DNA from: an uncultured virus (IMG/VR IMGVR_UViG_3300033144_005150)
Taxonomy: Duplodnaviria > Heunggongvirae > Uroviricota > Caudoviricetes
Virus record (IMG/VR): IMGVR_UViG_3300033144_005150
Direction: 5' to 3' (one strand)
Length of the DNA: 64,000 nt
A model generated the notes under the pieces. It saw only the letters and a program-made list of their open reading frames with translations, ran no database searches and was not told the origin of the DNA. The stretch's first letter is position 1. The number at the start of each line of letters is the position of its first letter. A program made the translations under genes and the position numbers. This document shows positions 14,732-24,280 of the stretch, piece after piece.

Positions 14732-15297
14732 GATGCTTTCTCGGTCTTCTGGTAGAGGTCGTGGATCTCGATGTAGCGGGCAACCTTGGGGCACACCAGA
14801 TCTTTCCAGGTAGCGTCCCCGGTTCGGACCTTCTCTCGAATCTGCGTGGAGTGGGTGCCCATGTTCGGAGCCTCGAAGAATCCGAACTCATCGCGGATCT
14901 CCTGCACGCCTTCCCACTGATCGAGTTCTTCGATGATGTCGGGGCCGATGACGAAACGGAACTCGCCTTCGCCTTCGTCCATCGCCTCGCACACTTTCGC
15001 CAGGAAGCGCAAAACCTTGATGGTGAAAAGAGGTGCCTTGATTCCCTCTTGGAGCATCTGACGTTCGATCGGGAGCACCTCGACAGGGATGGCCCATTCG
15101 CCGCTCCAGACCGCGAGTTCGGCCATGTTGAGCCGATGCTCGAAAGGGAACTGCTCCTTCTTGAGAGGGTGCGCCACCGAAGGGATGACGAAGATTTCGT
15201 CGAACTCGCCGGAGGCCCCGATGTGCCGAAGCACGTCACGGTGTTGATTGCCGAAGGGGCTGAAACTGCCCCCGTAAACTGCGATGCGTCGGTTCAT
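14728..15297 (-). CDS. nadD: Nicotinate-nucleotide adenylyltransferase (NadD-like)
   Basis: IAVYGGSFSP...H, HPLKK, R.NM..LA, FVIGPD...LDQW, HSTQIR. Confidence 0.85.
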   Translation of the reverse strand: MNRRIAVYGGSFSPFGNQHRDVLRHIGASGEFDEIFVIPSVAHPLKKEQFPFEHRLNMAELAVWSGEWAIPVEVLPIERQMLQEGIKAPLFTIKVLRFLAKVCEAMDEGEGEFRFVIGPDIIEELDQWEGVQEIRDEFGFFEAPNMGTHSTQIREKVRTGDATWKDLVCPKVARYIEIHDLYQKTEKAS

Positions 15298-15299
15298 GG

Positions 15300-15515
15300 T
15301 CAGTACCCCGGTTCTTTGTAGTTGTCCCAGTTGGTGCTCAGCGTCGCACCTTCGGGGAGCAGGAGTTGAACGGCCTTGTGGGTCTTGGCCTCGAGTTCGC
15401 TGTTCCGTTTGGTGAGCTCTTCGCATCGCTGCTCCGAGGCGGCCAACTTCCGTCTGGTGTCGGCCAGCTCCATTTCAGTGGTGCGCAGCTTTCGGCGTGT
15501 CTCGTCGATGTTCAT
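15300..15515 (-). CDS. Small coiled-coil protein
   Basis: Coupled ORF within the operon. Confidence 0.55.
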   Translation of the reverse strand: MNIDETRRKLRTTEMELADTRRKLAASEQRCEELTKRNSELEAKTHKAVQLLLPEGATLSTNWDNYKEPGY

Positions 15516-17203
15516 TTCATCTTCATCCTGTAGAGCTTGTTGCCCCGGAAGAACTGGAGCTGGCCCTGGTTTTTCACGAGCCGCATGTCACCACCGAGCA
15601 CCGGGTCCTCGATGGTCTTGACCGAGGTTGAGCCCTTGCGGGACGAGAAGAGCTCGATCTGCTCGTCTTCGTTGAGGCAGACGCACACGCCCGAGTCGAG
15701 CGTCACGAAGTTCAGGCCGGTCGCGGTCACGTCCTCGACCTTGCGCACGTCGTAGCTGGCGTAGTCCTTGTCGAAGCGAAACACGAAGCGGTGGTACTTG
15801 CCCTTCTCGGCCGCGACCACCATGAGCACACCGCTGTCGAACTTGGCTTCGACGATCTTGTACCCCTTGAGTTCGGACACGTTGAACTGGTAGCAGGCGC
15901 CGGGACGCGGGAACAGACTGACGTGGGGCTCTCCCAGAAGGCTCTGGATGGCGACCCCTTCGTAGAGCCGGCAGGCGTTCTCCAACACGTTGGCTGCGAG
16001 CCGAGCGCCCGCGACCGTCTTGTTTCCCGCCTGGGTGAACGTGAGTTCGAGAATCTGATCTCCGTTGCGGATGTAGATCGTCTCGCCCGTGGACATCATC
16101 TCGTCTGCGTTGAGCGTCAGATCGAGAGGCTGCTGCGTGGTGACGTTGACGGGTGTCACCGTGTTCGAGTTGGGTGCCGGGAACACCACGATGGGATGCC
16201 CGTGTTGCGGCGTGAACCCGATGGTCGGTGCGCCTTTCCAGACGCCGACCTTGCGTTTGTCCAGGTAGAGATCGGTGCCCGCGTGGACGACCATGTGGCC
16301 CCCACCGACGAACACGGCTCGGATCTCGTTCTGGAACTCGTGGAGTTCGGTGATGTCGAAATTGTTGGTGCCGCTGATTTGACGAAACACCGGACGGATC
16401 GTGATGACACCGTGGAGCCCGGTAGGTGGCTCGACGCGTTTGCCGTCCACGAACATGGCTTGAAACCAATCGCGGTAGATGTCTGGAATCACGTCGAACG
16501 GGTAAGCCACTTTGGGCACCCTGACACTCGAATCGAACACGGAGACGTTGGCTCCCATGCGCGCCTCGAATCCCTTGAGGGTCGGGTGCTTGCCCTTGAA
16601 CGGGTGGATGCCGACGAGCAGTTGGAAGCTGACGATGCCGAACGAGTACCAGTCCGACAGGGACGTGAAATCGACGCCCTGGACGAGTGGGTCCTGAACG
16701 GAAGGCATGATAGCCGTCGCGGGGTAGCGGGCCGTCTGGTAGCTGTCCACGTCGATGAAGTACGGGGTCGAGAAATCCTTGCTCACCAGGAAGTTCATCT
16801 CGTTGAGATCCACAATGAGGACCCCGGCCTTGTGGACGGCCTCGACGCCTTCCTGGAGCTTCCGTACGAGCTTGATGGCCATGTCGTGGGTGAAACCCTC
16901 CCGCTCACGGAACGCCCGTGGGAAGAGCTGACAGAGTGTCCAGGCGTCCTTCACGAAGCGGAAGGTGTGGCCGACGTGCTGTCCCTTCTGGCCCTTGTAG
17001 AGCGCGTCCTGGGGCCTGATGACGTTGGGGTCGGAGATGCCCGACAACTCCTGGATCTTGCCCACGGGGATGGCCCGTTTGGGATCGTGAAAAATCTTGT
17101 AGCCGGTCTGACCACGAGCGTAGACCTTCCCCTCACCACCTTCGGCGACGAAGTGGGTCTTGGTCAGGTTGACCTCTGGCTGCCCTTTGATGAAGACCTT
17201 CAT
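15512..17203 (-). CDS. Ser/Thr protein kinase (TerY-P/YegI-like)
   Basis: EGGEGKVY, KIF, IVDLNEMNFLV, IDVDSYQ, GIHPFKG. Confidence 0.88.
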   Translation of the reverse strand: MKVFIKGQPEVNLTKTHFVAEGGEGKVYARGQTGYKIFHDPKRAIPVGKIQELSGISDPNVIRPQDALYKGQKGQHVGHTFRFVKDAWTLCQLFPRAFREREGFTHDMAIKLVRKLQEGVEAVHKAGVLIVDLNEMNFLVSKDFSTPYFIDVDSYQTARYPATAIMPSVQDPLVQGVDFTSLSDWYSFGIVSFQLLVGIHPFKGKHPTLKGFEARMGANVSVFDSSVRVPKVAYPFDVIPDIYRDWFQAMFVDGKRVEPPTGLHGVITIRPVFRQISGTNNFDITELHEFQNEIRAVFVGGGHMVVHAGTDLYLDKRKVGVWKGAPTIGFTPQHGHPIVVFPAPNSNTVTPVNVTTQQPLDLTLNADEMMSTGETIYIRNGDQILELTFTQAGNKTVAGARLAANVLENACRLYEGVAIQSLLGEPHVSLFPRPGACYQFNVSELKGYKIVEAKFDSGVLMVVAAEKGKYHRFVFRFDKDYASYDVRKVEDVTATGLNFVTLDSGVCVCLNEDEQIELFSSRKGSTSVKTIEDPVLGGDMRLVKNQGQLQFFRGNKLYRMKMK

Positions 17204-17439
17204 GGGGTCACCTGGGTGCAGGTTGCGGGTTCGTGGGGTGCGTACCAGTCTCCACTAGGGGTTCGTTCCGGAGCCGGCTCGGGGGTGCCAGCGCCCGGAG
17301 AAACCTGCCGAACTTTGCAGACAGAACATACGGCGAAGGGTTGGCCTGCCGTATGTTGGACCCACTGATGCGGACCCGTGTAAGGGTTTGGATCCGGGTT
17401 CCCCGAAGTGAAAACCTGGATATTTCCTCCGCTAGACAT
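17200..17439 (-). CDS. Small hypothetical protein (CxxC)
   Basis: Fills the gap between phosphatase and kinase with overlapping ends. Confidence 0.5.
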   Translation of the reverse strand: MSSGGNIQVFTSGNPDPNPYTGPHQWVQHTAGQPFAVCSVCKVRQVSPGAGTPEPAPERTPSGDWYAPHEPATCTQVTP

Positions 17440-18307
17440 TGGGGTCCTCCATCCAGATGGCGGCGGCTGAGAAATCGTCGTAGTGCTGCCAGTTGTGGGT
17501 GACGCAGTGACGGGTGAGGAACTTGTGGCACCGGCGCTTGAGGAACTCGCCTTTGGTGCCTTTGATCTTGAGAAGATGACGGACTACCTCTTCCATTGGG
17601 ATGTCCACAAGGTTACGGCTCGTGCCGTCCTCGACCATCTGTTGGAACGTCTGGACACCGTCGGACAGCACCATTACGAGATCGTAAGTCTCGGCGTCGA
17701 AGAACCAGTCATCGGGGTGACCGTTAAATTCGGCGTAAAGGCTCGGCTCCCATCCGTCCTTGGGGCGGTCGTGACCGAACTTGGAGGCGTACGTTCGGAC
17801 AGCGCTCTTGTCCCCGAACTTTTTCATGTAGCCTTCGAGACGTTTTGAATCCAGATCGTAATTCAAATACTGGGGGGCGTTGTGTTCGTGGTCGATGGTG
17901 AAAATGAAAAAATCACCGTCTCGCATCCGAGCAACAACAACGCCGTCGCCACGCATCGAAACCTGGACGCCTTCCTTGCCGTCCTTCTCGACTCGGTACG
18001 CAGCAACGACGGTGGCATCCAGAGCCCGATTACCGACCTTGGCAGCGGACAAGGCCATGTAGGCGTAGTTCGCTGCGGTATTCATCACGCGGTCCGCGGA
18101 GTACCTCCCAGTGCAGAGATCCTCGATTTGGAATGCCAGGGAGGTCGCCAAGGCACGAGCCCCGATGTCGGTGTCTGGAGACGAGGAGCAACCGTCACAG
18201 ACGATCGCGTACGGGTGACGGTCGTCGGTGAACCCCGCACGAGCGTAGTCCTCACAGACCATGTGGCTCTTCCCAATGGAGAAGAAAGCATCGGCGTTCC
18301 ACCCCAT
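17432..18307 (-). CDS. PP2C-like phosphatase (YegK-like)
   Basis: GKSH..CEDY, VCDGCSS, LSDG, DDFS. Confidence 0.88.
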   Translation of the reverse strand: MGWNADAFFSIGKSHMVCEDYARAGFTDDRHPYAIVCDGCSSSPDTDIGARALATSLAFQIEDLCTGRYSADRVMNTAANYAYMALSAAKVGNRALDATVVAAYRVEKDGKEGVQVSMRGDGVVVARMRDGDFFIFTIDHEHNAPQYLNYDLDSKRLEGYMKKFGDKSAVRTYASKFGHDRPKDGWEPSLYAEFNGHPDDWFFDAETYDLVMVLSDGVQTFQQMVEDGTSRNLVDIPMEEVVRHLLKIKGTKGEFLKRRCHKFLTRHCVTHNWQHYDDFSAAAIWMEDPNV

Positions 18308-18759
18308 TAGAGCACCCCCAGTTTCTGGAGACGCTCGGCGTTCTCCCGTCCGTAGGGACCTTCGAGGAGTTTGTAGATCGGCCCCCATTCGACGGGTGCC
18401 TCGTGCTCTGCGACCTTGAACGTCTCTGGGAGATCCATGCCGGTCGTATCGAGCAGGTAGAACGTGGTGAAGTAGCCACCCGAATCGAACAGTGTGCCCT
18501 GGGTGATGAGCCGTGTTGTGGGCACCGGGTAAAGCCCGTCGCGACGTGTTGACTGCTTGAGATCGATACCTGTCTCTTCAAGGAGCTCCCGGCAAGCTGC
18601 GAGGGGACTGCTCTCTCCAGGATCGACCTTTCCTCCGGGGAGGCTCCACTTGGTGTTGTCGTCCTTGCGGGCGACGAGCACGGCTTCCCACTTCCCCTCC
18701 ACGTCGGAGTTTTGACGAAGGACGATGATGGCGACGGCGAATCTGGCTGGAGTGATCAT
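18307..18759 (-). CDS. Nudix hydrolase
   Basis: Nudix box PGGKVDPGE...ACRELLEETG. Confidence 0.9.
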   Translation of the reverse strand: MITPARFAVAIIVLRQNSDVEGKWEAVLVARKDDNTKWSLPGGKVDPGESSPLAACRELLEETGIDLKQSTRRDGLYPVPTTRLITQGTLFDSGGYFTTFYLLDTTGMDLPETFKVAEHEAPVEWGPIYKLLEGPYGRENAERLQKLGVL

Positions 18760-19010
18760 GGTTTAGGTGGGTCGGTGAATTGGTCGAAGAGTTTCTGCGC
18801 CAGGGCCTTGAGCCCCTTGGCAGCGTCGATGGCGTGCTGTGCGGTTTTCGTTCCCCGCCACCATGCCGCGATCTTGTTGGTGTCTCGATCTTGGTAGACG
18901 ACGCAGAGGTACTCGATTTTGCCGCTCGTCGCCTTGTCCAGAAGGCCCACCAAAAGAGCAACGGTCTGCTCCTTGGAGGTGTCCTTCACGTCGGTGGGGA
19001 TTCCAGCCAC
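18756..19010 (-). CDS. Hypothetical protein
   Basis: Coupled ORF with GGAG SD. Confidence 0.55.
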   Translation of the reverse strand: MAGIPTDVKDTSKEQTVALLVGLLDKATSGKIEYLCVVYQDRDTNKIAAWWRGTKTAQHAIDAAKGLKALAQKLFDQFTDPPKP

Positions 19011-19017
19011 AAGGCTC

Positions 19018-19758
19018 CTAGAACGACAGGCTCTTGCTCGGGCCTCCGGTGCCGAGCGCCTGTGACTGGGACGAGATGGACCGGCTCACGAAGTCCGCCA
19101 GCTTGGCCAGGGTGCTCGCCTTGGCGTCCCCGAGTTCGATGTACTGGGTGAACCCTGCGTTGGTGTGGAGGTCCTTGAGGTACTGGCTGATCGTCGGGTC
19201 CTGGACATTGACGCCGACCAGGATCGAGACGATGGATTCGAGCGCCTCGGACTTCACGGCTTCGGCGAGGACACGCTTGACCTCGCTCGGGGTCATGGTG
19301 GAACGGTTGTCCAGCCCATCCGTGACGACGATGACGATGCCGTTCACGTCGAAGTCGTTGTCGGACAGGTCCTTCCCGTAGGCCGTGATCGACTCGGCCG
19401 CATTGCAGGCGGCGTCGTACAACGCCGTCATGCCACCGACCTGGATGCAGTCGGTGTAACCGTCCACGTCACACTCGGTGAGGGGCCGATACCCGTGGAT
19501 CTCCTCGAGATTCGAGTCGAACGCGGTGAGGCGCATCATCAGGTTGTCGGCCCGTGGCGAGTGCTGACACGCTTTGACGACTTCCTTGACGCAGTCTTCG
19601 ATTGCGAGTCGGAAGGAGTCGATGCTCCCGCTCTTGTCGCTGGCCAGAGCGACCAGGGTGTACTCGGTGGCTCCGAGGTCTTCGACACGCTTGGCCGAAA
19701 ATCCGTAGTGTGAGCCCTTGAGCTTCTTGGCTTCCATTCCATCTGTGAAAATAGGCAT
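19018..19758 (-). CDS. vWA domain protein (TerY/YegL-like)
   Basis: MIDAS DKSGS, TALYDA, VTDG. Confidence 0.85.
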   Translation of the reverse strand: MPIFTDGMEAKKLKGSHYGFSAKRVEDLGATEYTLVALASDKSGSIDSFRLAIEDCVKEVVKACQHSPRADNLMMRLTAFDSNLEEIHGYRPLTECDVDGYTDCIQVGGMTALYDAACNAAESITAYGKDLSDNDFDVNGIVIVVTDGLDNRSTMTPSEVKRVLAEAVKSEALESIVSILVGVNVQDPTISQYLKDLHTNAGFTQYIELGDAKASTLAKLADFVSRSISSQSQALGTGGPSKSLSF

Positions 19759-19814
19759 GATTTTCTCGTTTCTGTATTCGTGTTTCTGTGTTCGTGTGAA
19801 TGAGGATGTCCAGC

Positions 19815-20633
19815 CTACGCGGCCAGGAAATCCGCCGTGGTGCTGAGGCGCATACCCCTGGACTGCATGTCCTTGAGGAACGCTGCCACCTTGCTGGAGA
19901 ACATCGTGGTGTTCGGAGGATCGGGGATCACCGAGCAGGCGTCCGTGAGGAGCACCATCTTGGCGATGTACTTGGGGTCGGTGAAGTGTGTGGCAATGTC
20001 CTCGACCGTCGAGAGCAGGCAGTGGCTCAGGGCCTCACCGCTCAGGAGGATGACATCGGCTTCCTCCAGTGTCCCGATGAACTTGGTGTTGACCTGGGTG
20101 GTCGGGTCCTCGGGGTCCGGCACCTCGGCCTTGACGCCGGAGAAGTGTTCGGTCCACATGTTGGAGCCCTTGGTGATGTAGTCGGCCTGGGCGAACCGCT
20201 CCTCCCACTCGTGGACCGCACCGAGGAGGTCCGGCACGACGTTGTGGCCTGCGTCGCTGATGAGGCAGTGCTCGGGCCACACGACGTGGGGGTAACGACC
20301 ACTGGCTTCCAGGGCCTCCAGGTACGCTTTGGTGCGGGGGAAGAAGCTCGGGAGGTGGGTAGTCCACTTGCCGTCTTTCAGGTCCTGGGCGGTGATGATG
20401 GTGAGGGGGGCCGGGCGCTTGCCGCTCGAGTCCTTCCACCACAGCGGGTGGCTGATATCGACCTTGCGGTGCGAGTCCAGCGTGATGTGGATGTCGGCGA
20501 TCTTGGGACCCAGGCGTTGGATCATGCCGCCGAGGCGCTTCATGTCCTCCTCTGCGCCGGGGACGTACAGGCTGCCGTTGGGGTTGCAGAAGTCTTCTTG
20601 GGGGTCAATTACGACTAGATGTATGCGGTTCAT
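19815..20633 (-). CDS. pncA: Nicotinamidase (isochorismatase fold)
   Basis: IDPQEDFC, LDSH, WPEHC, KG, GEALSHC. Confidence 0.85.
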   Translation of the reverse strand: MNRIHLVVIDPQEDFCNPNGSLYVPGAEEDMKRLGGMIQRLGPKIADIHITLDSHRKVDISHPLWWKDSSGKRPAPLTIITAQDLKDGKWTTHLPSFFPRTKAYLEALEASGRYPHVVWPEHCLISDAGHNVVPDLLGAVHEWEERFAQADYITKGSNMWTEHFSGVKAEVPDPEDPTTQVNTKFIGTLEEADVILLSGEALSHCLLSTVEDIATHFTDPKYIAKMVLLTDACSVIPDPPNTTMFSSKVAAFLKDMQSRGMRLSTTADFLAA

Positions 20634-20644
20634 GGGGTCTTCTC

Positions 20645-21496
20645 CTACTTGGTTGAGGGAAACTGGACATGTTTCCAGGTTTTACGTTTGACGACGAATA
20701 CGATGGTGCCGTCCGAAACACCAAAGCGTTTGGCGAGACTACGGATCGTTTCGCCGTTGTGGTGGGCCAGAAGGATCTCTTGAACCTTCTCTTCGTTCAG
20801 TTTTGCCCGGTAGTGTTCGGAGCCTTTCTTTCGCTTGGTCTCGTGGCCTTTGAGGTAGGGGATGGATTTACCTTTCTCCCGAGACACCGCAATTTCGACG
20901 GGCCATTTCTCAAGCCGGTATTCCAGAGCTTGAGGGGTGATGCCGATTTCTTCGGCCCACTGCACCAAGGGTTTGGTCGTCTCTCCAACAGTCAACATGC
21001 GCGTACGCGACGTGTTGCGAGCTTGCTCTTTTGGTGTTGCCCACCGCACGTTGCCGGGTTCGTAGTCACCGTCATTGTCGATGCGGTCGAGCGAATGACG
21101 AGCAGAGGGGCGCGGCCCCATGTCAGCGTAGAAGTCTTTGAAACTCGCCTTCCACCGATCACACACATGAACCCGTCCGGCGTAGTTGTGGAACTCCTGA
21201 TGCCGGGGGTTGGAGCACCGACCTTTCATGTTGGTCCAGATGCGGTACTCAGGCCGGTAACTGGGAGCGACTTCCAGGTCTTGTGTCGGCCCACCACCCT
21301 CTACTTCTTCCAGTTCATCGAGGTTGTAGACCCGAGCCCACGCCCCATGTTTGTGCGAGAAAAATCCAACGGGGCACAGCCAGACGTGGTCCTTCTTGAA
21401 CGGATCACTCAAAGCAACCCCCGAGGAGACCGCTCTGGCACGGGATCTTCGGCCGGTTTGTTGGGTCAGGTGCACAGTAGTTCCTTTTTTGATCAT
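20645..21496 (-). mobile_element. Free-standing HNH homing endonuclease with C-terminal HTH
   Basis: W.NMK.RC.NP, HSLDRIDNDGDYEPGNVRWAT; lower GC than flanks; sits between nadE and pncA. Confidence 0.85.
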
Positions 21497-21522
21497 GGTG
21501 TATTCTCCCCGTAGGAAGAATA

Positions 21523-22593
21523 CTACAACTTCGGAAGCTCGTTGGTCAGGATGCCGGCCTCGACGAGTTCCTTGCGGGAGCCGAGCGACGGGCAGTTGGG
21601 GTTCATCTTGTGGCGGGTGCTTCGTTCCCATTTGTTGGCAGAGACGACGTGCTCAGGTGTGAGGCCGGCTTCTTTTGCCAGATCGAGGAACTTTTGTCGG
21701 CCTTTCATGACGTTGGGCTTCTCGGACTGCATGACCCCTTCCCATGAGTACGAGAAGAGCGCCTTTTCCATGGTGATTTCCTCTTTCACGAACCCGAACA
21801 GTGTGCCCAGATCTCGTGTGTACTCGAAAGACTCATCCAAGCACCGGCTCATGGCCTCGATGGTGCCGACGCGGACGTACTCGTTGGTGTCCACGTTGAT
21901 GCGGCTGTAGGTCCACGCGACGCCCGAGAGCTTGAGCAACTCGGCCTCGTCGTTGTGCTGTTCACCGACGCCCCACAGATCAGGGGTGGGAAGTGCTTCG
22001 ACGATCTCGCGAGGCACGTTCAGTGCGACGGCCAGCTGGTCGACCTCACCCTTGCTGAGCATGGCCAGCGGGTTCGTGTCCACTTCGCCGTCCCCACCCT
22101 TCTGGTAGAAACGGAGCCAGCGGTCCTCACACTCGTTGCCGGTGCCGTGACGGATGCCACCACCGCTCATGCGGTTCACGTAGCGCCCAACGGGAGCACG
22201 CAAAGTGGAGCGGAGTGAGCCGTCTACGGAGGCGTCACCCTCCATGAACTTCACGATGATGTCGGTGTCGTAACCGGCCTCCCCGAATGCACGCATGGCT
22301 TCCAGGCCGATGGCCTCGAAAATGTCCCCGAGCTCCAGTTCAAGGAGCTTGACGCCGGCCGCTTTCGCGACGAGACGCGCTCGATCTCTGGATTCGGTGG
22401 ACGAGTTGATGCTCGAGTAGGCCGCGGTCACGTTGTCAGGGCCGAGGGCCTTGACCAGAAGCATGAGCATGACTGCGGAGTCGATGCCGCCAGACACATC
22501 CAGTTCGGCGCGAGGTATTCCCGCGTTCGAGTGGTAGCTACGGATGGCTTCGACACGGTTGGTGATCAGGGCGTCATTGTTGAGTACGGGCAT
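21523..22593 (-). CDS. nadE: NH3-dependent NAD+ synthetase
   Basis: SGGIDSA, GTGNECE, FYQKGGDG, PTPDL. Confidence 0.9.
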   Translation of the reverse strand: MPVLNNDALITNRVEAIRSYHSNAGIPRAELDVSGGIDSAVMLMLLVKALGPDNVTAAYSSINSSTESRDRARLVAKAAGVKLLELELGDIFEAIGLEAMRAFGEAGYDTDIIVKFMEGDASVDGSLRSTLRAPVGRYVNRMSGGGIRHGTGNECEDRWLRFYQKGGDGEVDTNPLAMLSKGEVDQLAVALNVPREIVEALPTPDLWGVGEQHNDEAELLKLSGVAWTYSRINVDTNEYVRVGTIEAMSRCLDESFEYTRDLGTLFGFVKEEITMEKALFSYSWEGVMQSEKPNVMKGRQKFLDLAKEAGLTPEHVVSANKWERSTRHKMNPNCPSLGSRKELVEAGILTNELPKL

Positions 22594-22596
22594 CGT

Positions 22597-24081
22597 TCAG
22601 GCTCCTGTGAGTTGGTCCACCAGGGTTTGCGTGGCGGGTGAAAGGGTGAGTTCCGGGACGGGCACATCGGCCGCTTTCCCATCGTTGAGCATGCCGTCCG
22701 CGTTCGTGATGCGGATCCTTTCCCCGGCACCTTCCTCGAAAAGATCCATGTAGTCCTCGATCTCCTCCCCACGCTGGCCAACGATGCTCAATGGGCCGTT
22801 GCCACGGAGGCGCCGGAAGGTGGTGGGTTTCCCTGGGACCGAGCGTTTGCCGATACCCACGTCGTCCCCCATCTTCATGGTGGGTTCACCACCGCTCTCA
22901 CAGAGCTTGTAGACCGCAGCCACCTTCCCACGACGCAAGTCCGTAGGAAGCGTGGCTGCGGTGAGCTGTCCACCGATCATGTAACTGAGGCGGTTCGGCT
23001 CCCAGTCAGAGAGTTTCCGGAGTTGCTCGAACTTCCGAATCATCTCCGCGTTTACGTCGCCTGCGACGTTGATGATGACGTTGTCTACGCCAGCCTCTTT
23101 GAACCGGTTCGCGCAGTACATGAAGTAGGAAGCGCGGTCTCCTGAATCGAGGCGGAACAGGAACTGGCGCTCAGGCCGGCTCTTGGCGATGCGGATGGTC
23201 TCGGGAAGGCCCGAGTCCAACGTGCTCCAGGTATCTGCGAGACACGACACGAGGCCGCACACGCGGTCAGCGTAGTTGGTGTAGGCCACGCGGTCCGAGC
23301 CACATCGTTGCGAGTGCTCGTGTCCTGCGGTGCCCGAAGGGATGAGGCCGCGTCCAACTTCACGGGCGCCTTCCACGTTGGAAGTCCGAACAATGCCGTA
23401 CTCGGCACAGACTTCGAGCACCATGCGGTGATGCTCGGAACAGATCGCTGAGCGTAGACCACCCTCAACGATGCGCAGTCCAACGTCCCCGCCGTCGAGT
23501 GCAGAGACAATGTCTCGAGCGGTCTCGTGGAGCGTCTCCCGGTACTCGTCGTCGATGCGCTCGATAGGGTGGCTCTCTTCGCCGAAACCAACCGCCTCGA
23601 AGACCGAACGAATGACTGCCTCGTGTTCGGCGTTGATGGCCTTGATGGGCTCTTTGCCTGCCTTGTTCCATTGGTAAAGCCACGTTGCCAACTGGATCTG
23701 GTAGTTGAGCATCGTGATGTTTCCTTCGGGCTGCGATGCCACGAACGAAGGAGCCTCGACCGCGAGGATGGGTTCCTGGTTGCAGACCCAGGTGCCTTTG
23801 GAAACGGACTCGACAAGGGCCTCTCCACGCAGGGCCTCTCGCATGGCTTCGGTCAGCCGGTAGTTGTTGCCCGCGAGGTAGTCCGCTTCCTGCTCGAACT
23901 CTGTGCGAGTGAGATCGGTAGGGGCCGTGGGGAGGAGATTCTTGACCAGTGTCTTGAGGTCTAGATCGACGTACTGCCAACCGCCCCGACGGAAAGAGAA
24001 GTAGAACCGCTCGCGTCGGAGCGGGTAGCCGGCCTGAGCCATGCTGAACTTGTAGCCATCGGTACGGAGAAGGTTGGTCAT
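22597..24081 (-). CDS. pncB: Nicotinate phosphoribosyltransferase
   Basis: TDGYKFSM, GLR, TSNV, GTAGHE, RLDSGD, VYKL; resembles NAPRT more than NAMPT. Confidence 0.8.
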   Translation of the reverse strand: MTNLLRTDGYKFSMAQAGYPLRRERFYFSFRRGGWQYVDLDLKTLVKNLLPTAPTDLTRTEFEQEADYLAGNNYRLTEAMREALRGEALVESVSKGTWVCNQEPILAVEAPSFVASQPEGNITMLNYQIQLATWLYQWNKAGKEPIKAINAEHEAVIRSVFEAVGFGEESHPIERIDDEYRETLHETARDIVSALDGGDVGLRIVEGGLRSAICSEHHRMVLEVCAEYGIVRTSNVEGAREVGRGLIPSGTAGHEHSQRCGSDRVAYTNYADRVCGLVSCLADTWSTLDSGLPETIRIAKSRPERQFLFRLDSGDRASYFMYCANRFKEAGVDNVIINVAGDVNAEMIRKFEQLRKLSDWEPNRLSYMIGGQLTAATLPTDLRRGKVAAVYKLCESGGEPTMKMGDDVGIGKRSVPGKPTTFRRLRGNGPLSIVGQRGEEIEDYMDLFEEGAGERIRITNADGMLNDGKAADVPVPELTLSPATQTLVDQLTGA

Positions 24082-24118
24082 GAGGGGGTCGAAGCTCCTA
24101 GTCAGTATTTATACCCGG

Positions 24119-24142
24119 ATTTAGGTCAGCACAACCCTAAAT
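24119..24142. promoter_or_regulatory. Candidate NrtR operator
   Basis: ATTTAGG-N10-CCTAAAT inverted repeat containing GT-N7-AC, next to a minus-strand GGGTATAAAT -10-like element upstream of pncB. Confidence 0.45.
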
Positions 24143-24223
24143 ATGGTAGAGAGTACCGGATTTATCTCACACGTTTCCCCACAAGGGTCCAGGAGGGCCC
24201 ACAGGGGCTCTGACCCAGGAACG

Positions 24224-24261
24224 CGAAAAGCCCGCTCCGGTGTCTCGGAGCGGGCTTTTCG
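24224..24261. terminator. Intrinsic terminator
   Basis: Perfect inverted repeat CGAAAAGCCCGCTCCG/CGGAGCGGGCTTTTCG. Confidence 0.8.
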
Positions 24262-24280
24262 GCCGAACGGTGATCCCCGT

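Noticed and set aside
22597..24081. NAMPT (NARP2 type)
   Set aside because: The TDxYKFSM and GTxxH motifs and the presence of pncA and nadE favour NAPRT; not confirmed by search.
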